From contig JAWOFP010000010.1 in the NCBI GenBank assembly GCA_046497485.1, positions 1-21,428 of the forward strand: a stretch of 21,428 nt of DNA. The letters run 5' to 3'. Shown piece after piece: positions 1 through 7,422 of this stretch. Numbering within the stretch: the first letter of the stretch is position 1; the number at the start of each line of letters is the position of its first letter. The translations under genes were made by a program, and so were the position numbers. The stretch comes from Candidatus Nanohaloarchaea archaeon (GTDB lineage Archaea > Nanohalarchaeota > Nanosalinia > Nanosalinales > Nanosalinaceae). The notes beneath the pieces were generated by a model. That model had not been told where the DNA came from. It searched no databases and saw nothing but the letters and a program-made list of their open reading frames with translations.

Positions 1-152
1 TGGATCCATATGATTTCTTTGAATCAATTATAGAATCAGGTGAGGCTCTTAGAAAATTTTGCAGTAAGATTGATTCTCAATCCTCTACGATTCCAAATAT
101 AGTTGAACTGTTAGAAAAACTTAACCAAGGTAAAGAGGAATATGAAAACTAA
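1..152 (+). CDS. 3' end of a hypothetical protein (partial, runs off the window start)
   Basis: Frame 3 is open from base 3 (DPYDFFESIIESGEALRKF...GKEEYEN) to TAA at 150-152, overlapping the next ATG at 142. Confidence 0.6.
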   Translation, partial: DPYDFFESIIESGEALRKFCSKIDSQSSTIPNIVELLEKLNQGKEEYEN

Positions 153-915
153 CTCTCCTTCTGAAGCAGAAGTAATTATTCAGAAGCTTCCTTCTGACAT
201 GGGCATTCATAGGAATCCACGGAAAGGAACTCTAGATGCTCCTGAAAAGATCTTGGAAGGCCTTGAATTTGACAGGAGTGTGCTTGTGGAAGAAGTCTTT
301 CCTGATGAGTTTGACTTGGAGGAAACTCATGATAGAATATATGAGAATACTTTAGAATTGGCAGATTTTGATAGGCCTATAGTTTCTCTTGGAGGCGATC
401 ATTCGGTCTCCTATCCAGTTTTTAAGGCCTTGAAGCAGCAAAATCCTGGCATGAAATTAGTTTGGCTTGATGCACATCTTGATATCAAGGAGAAAGTCGA
501 TGGCCATGTCTCTCATGATGTGGTTGTCCGCCAACTAGTCGAGGAAGGCCTGTTTGAACCTGAGGAGATTTATTTTGTTGGAATTACTGAGATTGATCAC
601 GATGAGGAAGGATTTCTCGAAGAGCATGATTTCAATTTTTACAGGCCTGAAGAGTTAGATGATTTTATAGCAGAGTTTGAAGGTATGTCATATCTTTCCA
701 TCGATATAGATGTTCTACAGGAAGAGCTGGCGCCTGGCACAGGATACCCGGATGGTAAACTTGATCTACAGCAGGTTTTAGAAGTTGTTGAAGCGGTCGA
801 ACCCGTACACGCTGACATCGTTGAGGTTGCACCATGTCTAGACCATAAAGGGAAGACAGTCGAGGCCTCAAGGAAGGTTTTGGAGAGAATTATTCCCAAT
901 ACTAGCCAAGACTGA
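142..915 (+). CDS. Ureohydrolase (arginase/agmatinase family)
   Basis: Mn-binding motifs LGGDHSVS, WLDAHLD, SIDIDVL..APGTG, DIVEVAP. Confidence 0.9.
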   Translation: MKTNSPSEAEVIIQKLPSDMGIHRNPRKGTLDAPEKILEGLEFDRSVLVEEVFPDEFDLEETHDRIYENTLELADFDRPIVSLGGDHSVSYPVFKALKQQNPGMKLVWLDAHLDIKEKVDGHVSHDVVVRQLVEEGLFEPEEIYFVGITEIDHDEEGFLEEHDFNFYRPEELDDFIAEFEGMSYLSIDIDVLQEELAPGTGYPDGKLDLQQVLEVVEAVEPVHADIVEVAPCLDHKGKTVEASRKVLERIIPNTSQD

Positions 916-1507
916 ATTTTTCAATTATTTTGAATTCCGGTTTTTCAGTGTCTTTATCCTTAACTAAATATAACTCATTGATTCTTTGATTAGAGATTTC
1001 GAAATCATGGAGAATTTCTTCTATTTCCCGGTTAATTTTGCCTTCTTTCGCATTTTGGTTAAATCTAGATAATGTAAGATGGGGTAAATAATCCTGACCT
1101 TCGTGCTCTAAGTACTGGAATTTATTGTTTAGAGAAATGTTTGCGTCTCGTATCTGTTTAGAGCCACATTCCAAAAATATTACTTCTGGAAAAATGTTTA
1201 GTTCTCCATAATTTACCGTAAATGGCTTGATATCGTCTATAGAATTTTTTACATCTTCAAAATCTGGTTTGCCGTTTCTAAATAATTTTACAGTAATGTG
1301 GAGAAATTCCGGTCTATATACTTCTAGACCTTCAATATTTTCCAGACTCCCCAAAACTTCTTTCAGTTCACGGTTTTTCTTTGGCAATGCTATCAGATAA
1401 TAGAGTTCTTTTTCTTTTGACCACCAAGTTTCTAGAGAATTAATTTTGATGAGGTCTATTTCATCCCTTCTGTTCCAGTTTTGCTTAAATTCTTTATCTA
1501 GTTCCAT
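902..1507 (-). CDS. 2H phosphoesterase (2'-5' RNA ligase / RNA 2',3'-cyclic phosphodiesterase family)
   Basis: Two HxT/S-hydrophobic motifs, LHITV and PHLTL, at typical spacing. Confidence 0.8.
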   Translation of the reverse strand: MELDKEFKQNWNRRDEIDLIKINSLETWWSKEKELYYLIALPKKNRELKEVLGSLENIEGLEVYRPEFLHITVKLFRNGKPDFEDVKNSIDDIKPFTVNYGELNIFPEVIFLECGSKQIRDANISLNNKFQYLEHEGQDYLPHLTLSRFNQNAKEGKINREIEEILHDFEISNQRINELYLVKDKDTEKPEFKIIEKFSLG

Positions 1508-1511
1508 AATT

Positions 1512-2066
1512 TCACAACTTTTTATTTAACAGCCTAAAGGCCTCTGTTGCATCTTCCTCATTTATTATCAGGTGTGAATCTTCTCTGCAGGAGATCAGTT
1601 CTGTGATGTTAATATCTCGAGCTGCAAATAAAGAACAAATATAGGCCATTACTCCGGGAGTTTCTTCCAGGTTTTCAGGGCTTTTGAGACTGATAATAAT
1701 TTGATCTTCTATTTCTTCTCCTTTACAGGCCTTGCTTTGTTTTACTATGTTTGTCCATCCGTTTTCTGTTTTTGCATTTAGATAAGCTTTTTGTTTTTCC
1801 TCTGATTTACATGCCTTGAATCCGCTTTTCAACTCTATACTTGTCTCTCCCAGTACATTTGTAATTTTTTCCTGCCTCTTTTTTCTCTGAGATTTGAGCT
1901 CTTCTTGATATCGTCTCAAAGCTATTTTTATGGCCTCAAAACCGCCCTCTATCTCTGGTTCAATCTTCCTAGCAAGAGCAGAATAGTTTACTATATCTTC
2001 TGATAGTGCATGCTGGATGTAAGGCCTGTCTTCTACAAAGTCTTCAACCTGTTCACGTACAGACAT
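1512..2066 (-). CDS. ACT-domain protein, putative amino-acid-responsive regulator
   Basis: N-terminal helical VNYSALARKI segment; C-terminal ACT signature ETPGVMAYICSLFAARDINITELISC. Confidence 0.8.
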   Translation of the reverse strand: MSVREQVEDFVEDRPYIQHALSEDIVNYSALARKIEPEIEGGFEAIKIALRRYQEELKSQRKKRQEKITNVLGETSIELKSGFKACKSEEKQKAYLNAKTENGWTNIVKQSKACKGEEIEDQIIISLKSPENLEETPGVMAYICSLFAARDINITELISCREDSHLIINEEDATEAFRLLNKKL

Positions 2067-2082
2067 ATTTTACTTATATAGT

Positions 2083-2124
2083 ACAAAAGTTAAGTATTTT
2101 GTTATAGATGTAACTAAATCTATA
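2083..2124. promoter_or_regulatory. Two adjacent inverted repeats in a divergent promoter region (candidate operators)
   Basis: ACAAAA-N8-TTTTGT (2083-2102) is immediately followed by TATAGAT-N8-ATCTATA (2103-2124). Confidence 0.4.
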
Positions 2125-2147
2125 TGTATGCTGGAGATCAAATAACT

Positions 2148-2329
2148 ATGACACAAGGTGCACAACCAATGACAACTACTTCAACTATTGGTGGATATGA
2201 AAGACAGTCAAAATCTGAAAAACACTCAAATTAAAGGTGGATGCGAAAGACTCTCACCTCTCTGAGCTTCTGGACAAGAAACTAGATATTCCTGGTATAA
2301 CTCAGGCCTCGAAAGGAGGTGCAATATAA
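2148..2329 (+). other. Short leader ORF, possibly one ~60 aa gene split by a -1 frameshift
   Basis: ATG 2148 (GGAGA upstream; alternative ATG 2124) reads MTQGAQPMTTTSTIGGYERQSKSEKHSN* to 2234. The -1 frame is open 2219-2329 (KTLKLKVDAKDSHLSELLDKKLDIPGITQASKGGAI*) and ends in a TAATG overlap with the next gene. Confidence 0.4.
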
Positions 2330-3111
2330 TGGATTTAAAGCCTAAATACCAGGAAACCGTCGACGATTACCAGCCATTCGTCCTATGTCCAGAGGAAAAT
2401 CTGGATAATCTGGGAGATGAATTTCTTGGTCAGCAAGTTGAACATTTCGACAGTTATGGAGAGCACGCAGAACAGCTAACTGAAATCCTACTTGATCTAG
2501 ATGGAAAGGCCTACGATGGTCTGCCAATGGATAACTGGATATCTGTAGACGGATGTCAAGAAACATGCGGTATAATAGGATTTGGAACTTACAACGCGGA
2601 GGATCCTGCGGTTTCAGACCTGGATATTCCTCAAGACTATGAAGGTATAATCCCTATCTCTGAGTTTGCTGGAGGATTCAAGCCAGGAAATGAGTTTGTC
2701 GTCAATACTTTAAGCGTCGCAGACAAGCAAGAAGGCCTAGGTGCTCCGACAGCAGCACTTGCCTCAGAAGTAGTTCCAGGAGATGAATGGTATGCAGTAT
2801 CTCAATACGATAATCCTGCGCCAATAATCTACAGCAAGCTAGGCGATATGGACCTCCTTGAGGCCTCAGTGCCAGGTCATTCAAAGCCTGAGGAAAGCTT
2901 CAAGTTTGGCTTAACTGTTGAAGATGAATCGGTTGAGCAGATGCTGAAAGGCGGTGTAGCGGAAGCCGAGCCTGATATGGTCATCGGAATTGATGATGAA
3001 GAGAAGAAACAGCATTTACACCAGACTGATAAAGAGTACAAGATTCTTCCTCCAGGGTCAGTAGAAGTGGACGGAGAGCTTAAACTTGCGTTAACGGAGG
3101 TGAAAAATTAA
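2329..3111 (+). CDS. Hypothetical protein with probable GNAT-like acyltransferase fold
   Basis: SD GGAGGTG at 2315-2321; acidic 260 aa ORF; LSVADKQEGLG resembles GNAT motif A and DNPAPIIYSKLG resembles motif B; TAATG coupling to the next gene. Confidence 0.6.
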   Translation: MDLKPKYQETVDDYQPFVLCPEENLDNLGDEFLGQQVEHFDSYGEHAEQLTEILLDLDGKAYDGLPMDNWISVDGCQETCGIIGFGTYNAEDPAVSDLDIPQDYEGIIPISEFAGGFKPGNEFVVNTLSVADKQEGLGAPTAALASEVVPGDEWYAVSQYDNPAPIIYSKLGDMDLLEASVPGHSKPEESFKFGLTVEDESVEQMLKGGVAEAEPDMVIGIDDEEKKQHLHQTDKEYKILPPGSVEVDGELKLALTEVKN

Positions 3112-4160
3112 TGGTAACCTCTATGCTCAAAGACCTAATTCAAATTAATTCAGTAAGCGGGAAAGAAGAAGAAATCATAGAATATATCTACAGCTATGCA
3201 GAAGAGAAAAATTTTAATCCTCAGAAAATAGGGAGGAACGTGATTTTCAGCTTGGGAGATGGTGAAAAAAAGCTGATCTTAAACTCTCATATAGATACAG
3301 TTGAGGCCTCGGGAGACTGGGAAGTTGATCCGTTTGAAGCTGTAGAAAAAGATGGCAAGATCTATGGTTTAGGCAGCTCAGATAACAAGGGATCTGCGGC
3401 AGCAATGCTTAAAGCAGCTGAGAAAATAAAAGAATCAAATCTGGATAAAGAAGTAATTTTCACCTTTGTAGAAAGAGAAGAGCTTGATGGTTCTGGAACT
3501 AAAAAAGTGATAGATTGGCTCAAAGAAAACAAAGAGCTGGAAAAGTCCGCGGCAGTAATCGGAGAGCCAACAGGCTTAGAGAAAGTCTTGGAAGGATGCA
3601 AAGGTACATCATGGATAAAATTAACAACGAAGATGGAAGGCGGTCACGCATCTAAAGATTTGGAAAACCCGATCGAAGCAGTCTACAAAGTGCTGGAACA
3701 GTTCCAAGATAAGATGGAAAAATTTAATGAGCCTAAACCTAAAATTGAATTGACAAGCATAAAAGCGGGCGACAGCATAAATAAAATCCCTTCAAAAACT
3801 GTGGCAAAGTTCGATATTCGAACAGTTCCAGAGTTCACAGCTGAAGATGTAAAAGAGACCCTTGAAGAGATCACTGAAGGCCTAGAAGCAGAATCGGGTT
3901 TTGAATTCGCTGAGCAACCTTGCCCAGCTTCAAACAGCAAAGATTCTAATATAGTTAATTTTGTGAAGGAAAAAACGGATGCAGGTTCTGAGTTCGCTAA
4001 AGCTGCTAATGATTCATGCTTCTTCACAGAAAATAAAATTAATGCTGCAGTGATTGGACCAGGGCAGGAAGAAACAATTCACAAGCCTGATGAATACATA
4101 GAAAAATCCAAACTAAAGAAAGGCGTTAAAGTTTACAAGGAGATTGCTGAGACCTGGTGA
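3111..4160 (+). CDS. M20 family metallo-deacylase (ArgE/DapE-like)
   Basis: NSHIDTV, YGLGSSDNKG, EREE, VIGEPT, GGHAS, GPG..IHKPDEY motifs. Confidence 0.9.
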   Translation: MVTSMLKDLIQINSVSGKEEEIIEYIYSYAEEKNFNPQKIGRNVIFSLGDGEKKLILNSHIDTVEASGDWEVDPFEAVEKDGKIYGLGSSDNKGSAAAMLKAAEKIKESNLDKEVIFTFVEREELDGSGTKKVIDWLKENKELEKSAAVIGEPTGLEKVLEGCKGTSWIKLTTKMEGGHASKDLENPIEAVYKVLEQFQDKMEKFNEPKPKIELTSIKAGDSINKIPSKTVAKFDIRTVPEFTAEDVKETLEEITEGLEAESGFEFAEQPCPASNSKDSNIVNFVKEKTDAGSEFAKAANDSCFFTENKINAAVIGPGQEETIHKPDEYIEKSKLKKGVKVYKEIAETW

Positions 4161-4163
4161 TTA

Positions 4164-4296
4164 GAGTTCGTAGCTCAGCCTGGACAGAGCACTCGGCTTC
4201 TAAACCTCAAGTCTCTAGAAGAGACGGGGGCTGAGAAGATCTCTGATCTTCGAGAAGGATACCGAGTCGTCGAGGGTTCAAATCCCTCCGAACTCG
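4164..4296 (+). tRNA. tRNA-Arg(UCU) with 58-nt intron (approx. 4203-4260, position 37/38)
   Basis: Acceptor GAGTTCG/CGAACTC, D arm GCTC/GAGC, anticodon stem CTCGG/CCGAG with spliced loop CT-TCT-AA, T arm GAGGG-TTCAAAT-CCCTC, discriminator G. Confidence 0.92.
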
Positions 4297-4298
4297 TA

Positions 4299-4373
4299 AG
4301 GTCTGTAGCTCAGCTGGGACAGAGCAGATGGCTACGAACCATCAGGTCCTGGGTTCAAATCCCAGCAGGCCTG
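4299..4373 (+). tRNA. tRNA-Arg(ACG)
   Basis: Acceptor AGGTCTG/CAGGCCT, D arm GCTC/GAGC, anticodon stem GATGG/CCATC with loop CT-ACG-AA (anticodon 4334-4336), T arm CTGGG-TTCAAAT-CCCAG. Confidence 0.92.
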
Positions 4374-4411
4374 AAAATAAGTTTAAAACAACAAAGGAGG
4401 AAAAACTCAAC

Positions 4412-6034
4412 ATGACTAAAATAAAAAGCACACTTGCGGAGCTTGTCGAAGAACAAATAGGAATAGAAGTAACTGAAAACGATATTGAGAGGGCTGACAG
4501 GCACGCAGACTTCGCATATCCATGCATGGCTGCAAGCTCAGAACTTGGAAAAAGTCCGAGAGATATAGCTGAAGACCTATCCAACAACATTGAAGATGAT
4601 ATAATTGAATCGATGGAAGTAGCAGGCCCAGGATACCTAAACTTTCATTTAGATAGAGAAAAATACGCGGAAAAAATCGATGAAGAGTTAAGTTCTGAGG
4701 CTTTCGGAGTCAAACAAAAAGATGATAAAGTATTGGTAGAGTTCTCGTGTCCTAATCTGGCTAAGCCTATGCATATTGGTCATTTAAGGAATAATTTTTT
4801 AGGGGATTCTCTTCAGAGAATCATGCGTTTTGTCGGTCATGATGTGACTTCAGAAAACTATATTGGTGACTGGGGTACTAAGCACGGCCAGGTTATCTAT
4901 GCCTTCAAGAAATGGGGTTCGATGGAAGAATTTGAAGAAGATCCTATGGGCCATATGTATGAACTTTATGTTAAGCTCCATGATAAGGCCTCTGAGGAAG
5001 ATAAGCGTAAGTCTCGTGAATGGTCCAAAAAAATTGAAGAAGGAGACGAAGAAGCAGTTGAACTTTGGGAGATGTTCAGAGAGGCTACTATAGAGCATAA
5101 TGAAAGCGAGTATGAGAGAATGGGGATCAGTTTTGACCGTGTCACGGGAGAATCTGTAGTAGCAGAGGAAGCACAAGGAATAATTGAAGAAGGCCTTGAA
5201 AAAGGGATATTTCAGGAAGATGAAGATGGAAGTATCTATGTAGAGTTTGAGAAAGAAGAACTTCCTTCAACTGTGGTTAAGCGTGATGATGGATCTACAC
5301 TCTACCTTTCTAGAGATGTTGCAAATATCAGGAAGCGTGAACGCGAAGGATTTGATCAGAATCTTTACATCGTCGCAAATGAGCAGGATCTGCACTTCCA
5401 ACAGCTTTTCGCAATCGCTGAAAGATTTGGGATAGAGATCCACAGCGAGCACATATCTTATGGGATGCTTCATCTTCAAGACGGTTCGATATCATCAAGC
5501 AAAGGAAACATCATAACATTTGGAGAAGTAATGGATGAGGCAGTAGAAAAGGCCTCGGAAATAGAAGGTAGAGATATAGATAATGATGAAGCAGTAGGGC
5601 TTGGAGCATTAAAATACGCAAATCTATCAGTTTCCAGACCTAAAGACATTAGTTTCAGCTGGGAGCAAGTTCTCAGCTTTGAAGGAGATTCCGGTCCATA
5701 TCTTCAGTACTCGAACGTCCGAGCTAAAAGCATCTTGAGAGATGCCTCAAATTCAGGAAGTTTCGATGGAGAATTCAATGATCAGGAATATGAATTGTTG
5801 AAGAAGTTAGCAGAGTTCCCGGAAAAGGTTGAAGCTGCAGCTGAGCAGAGAGAACCTGCTAAGATCGCCAATTATCTTTCAACTCTATCTGAGGAGTTCA
5901 ATAGCTTCTACCATGAATGTGAAGTCCTAGGTTCAGAAGAGGAAGAGAAAAGGTTGAAACTGGTTGAACTATTTGTAGACGTCAGCGATCAAGGCCTGGA
6001 GTTGTTAGGAATTGAATCGTTGGATGAGATGTGA
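4412..6034 (+). CDS. argS: Arginine--tRNA ligase
   Basis: VAGPGYLNF, VEFSCPNLAKPMHIGHLRN (HIGH), NYIGDWG, FEGDSGPYLQY and DALR-type C-terminus. Start moved to ATG 4412 (AGGAGG at 4395-4400) because the longer ORF overlaps the tRNA. Confidence 0.97.
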   Translation: MTKIKSTLAELVEEQIGIEVTENDIERADRHADFAYPCMAASSELGKSPRDIAEDLSNNIEDDIIESMEVAGPGYLNFHLDREKYAEKIDEELSSEAFGVKQKDDKVLVEFSCPNLAKPMHIGHLRNNFLGDSLQRIMRFVGHDVTSENYIGDWGTKHGQVIYAFKKWGSMEEFEEDPMGHMYELYVKLHDKASEEDKRKSREWSKKIEEGDEEAVELWEMFREATIEHNESEYERMGISFDRVTGESVVAEEAQGIIEEGLEKGIFQEDEDGSIYVEFEKEELPSTVVKRDDGSTLYLSRDVANIRKREREGFDQNLYIVANEQDLHFQQLFAIAERFGIEIHSEHISYGMLHLQDGSISSSKGNIITFGEVMDEAVEKASEIEGRDIDNDEAVGLGALKYANLSVSRPKDISFSWEQVLSFEGDSGPYLQYSNVRAKSILRDASNSGSFDGEFNDQEYELLKKLAEFPEKVEAAAEQREPAKIANYLSTLSEEFNSFYHECEVLGSEEEEKRLKLVELFVDVSDQGLELLGIESLDEM

Positions 6035-6080
6035 CAGTAAATAAAAGAAATGGTTTCCAAATAATGAATGTGAACTAACA

Positions 6081-6287
6081 ATGGGGGAGCAGGATAACTA
6101 CTGGATAATCGAAATTTACAACGATGAGACCGTCAATGTCTCAGTTATGAGCGAAGAGGAAGCCCAGGCAACTCGAAAGATCAATGATGACTTCGAGGAC
6201 TGGCAGATGGCGCCTGTAGAAGAGGCCTCAGAAGAAGAAATGATCGAAAGAGCTGAGGATAAAGGCTACGAGCACGATCCTTGGTAG
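6081..6287 (+). CDS. Small acidic hypothetical protein
   Basis: 68 aa, D/E-rich like the rest of the proteome, fills the gap after argS. Confidence 0.75.
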   Translation: MGEQDNYWIIEIYNDETVNVSVMSEEEAQATRKINDDFEDWQMAPVEEASEEEMIERAEDKGYEHDPW

Positions 6288-6298
6288 ATTTAAGCTGA

Positions 6299-6583
6299 TT
6301 AAACCGTTCTTATATCTTCAAAATTATCTTGAGATCCTGATACATATCTTTTTCTAGGATAAAATCCTGTCTTGTCAATTACCTCTCCAAGAATAGTTTC
6401 AGAAGGCCCAAAAGGATGATTAACATCTCTAAAGGTTAGATCAATTCTGTAAAAATTCAGGTCAGCTGAGCCAAGTTCATAAGAATCAACTTCCTCGAGG
6501 TCTTCTACTCTGGAATCATTAATTATGTTTATCTTCTCAAATCCGTATTCAGTCACCAACGATTTGAAGATATCGCGATCCAT
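6299..6583 (-). CDS. Hypothetical protein
   Basis: 94 aa acidic ORF directly downstream of tRNA-Phe, no competing ORF. Confidence 0.6.
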   Translation of the reverse strand: MDRDIFKSLVTEYGFEKINIINDSRVEDLEEVDSYELGSADLNFYRIDLTFRDVNHPFGPSETILGEVIDKTGFYPRKRYVSGSQDNFEDIRTV

Positions 6584-6604
6584 AGAACTCAGCCATTAAA
6601 TTTA

Positions 6605-6678
6605 TGGCCGAACCCGGATTTGAACCGGGGACAACTCCATCTTCAGTGAAGCGCTCTCCCAGGCTGAGCTATTCGGCC
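6605..6678 (-). tRNA. tRNA-Phe(GAA)
   Basis: Reverse complement folds GGCCGAA/TTCGGCC, anticodon arm CTTCA-CTGAAGA-TGGAG, T arm CCCGG-TTCAAAT-CCGGG. Confidence 0.95.
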
Positions 6679-6776
6679 TATTAGTGGTATTTTGTAGCTT
6701 TTCTATATGATGCTGTGAACGCGGTTTCGTATGAAAGGATTGATAGGTGACATTTAAGAATGAACTCCTAGCTCTT

Positions 6777-7319
6777 CTAGAAGCTTCTTCTGACTATAGC
6801 TGTACCTGTCTGGTGAGGGGCTCTGTCTTCTTGGAAAACTTTTGGATTGGCAGCGGGATCTGCGATCATATCTTCATTTAGTCCAACCCATGCGTGACCG
6901 TCTTGGCGGCCTTCTTCTATGCTGCCGGATTTATATTTTGCGTTGAGGCTTAGTTCATCGTAAAGTAGTTTTAGTGCTGCTGCTCTTTCTCTGCATGTTC
7001 CTGCGGCTGTGTTTTCCCAAGCGCCGTCTAGCACTTTTGAGATTGAGACTTTTGAACCTTTTTTCTGGGCTTTTCGCCTTTTTTGGTCTAGGGATTCTGG
7101 ATCTAGGCCTTTTTCTTCGGCTAGGTCGTATATGTGAGGTATTTTTTCTTCTATGAATTCTGCTGCGGCTTCTTCGATTGCAGCATCGGATTCGTAATCT
7201 AGAAATTCGTTGTAGAGTTCTTCGGCGCTTTCGTCTATTTTTAGGCTATAATGGCCTTCTAAGGTGTCTCCGACCTGTAGATCTACGCCTCCATATCTTG
7301 GTTCGCTCCTGACAACCAT
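6777..7319 (-). CDS. Transglutaminase-like superfamily protein
   Basis: Cys-His-Asp triad context: GTCRERAAAL, GHAWV, IADP. Confidence 0.75.
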   Translation of the reverse strand: MVVRSEPRYGGVDLQVGDTLEGHYSLKIDESAEELYNEFLDYESDAAIEEAAAEFIEEKIPHIYDLAEEKGLDPESLDQKRRKAQKKGSKVSISKVLDGAWENTAAGTCRERAAALKLLYDELSLNAKYKSGSIEEGRQDGHAWVGLNEDMIADPAANPKVFQEDRAPHQTGTAIVRRSF

Positions 7320-7422
7320 ATGTTACTTATCAGTAATAACTATTATATATAGATCCACTATTGTAATAATGTATATACATTAATTCGGAGAACTCATAAG
7401 CTTTGCTCAGTCAAGAAAGAAT

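Noticed and set aside
2148..2329. Leader peptide as a LysW/ArgW carrier or RiPP precursor
   Set aside because: No CxxC zinc ribbon or EDWGE terminus; the terminal GG is simply encoded by the SD sequence.
4203..4260. tRNA intron as a C/D box guide RNA
   Set aside because: CTGA tetramers are present but there is no recognisable RUGAUGA C box.
4328..4411. N-terminal extension of argS given by the ORF track
   Set aside because: It overlaps tRNA-Arg(ACG); ATG 4412 has a strong SD.
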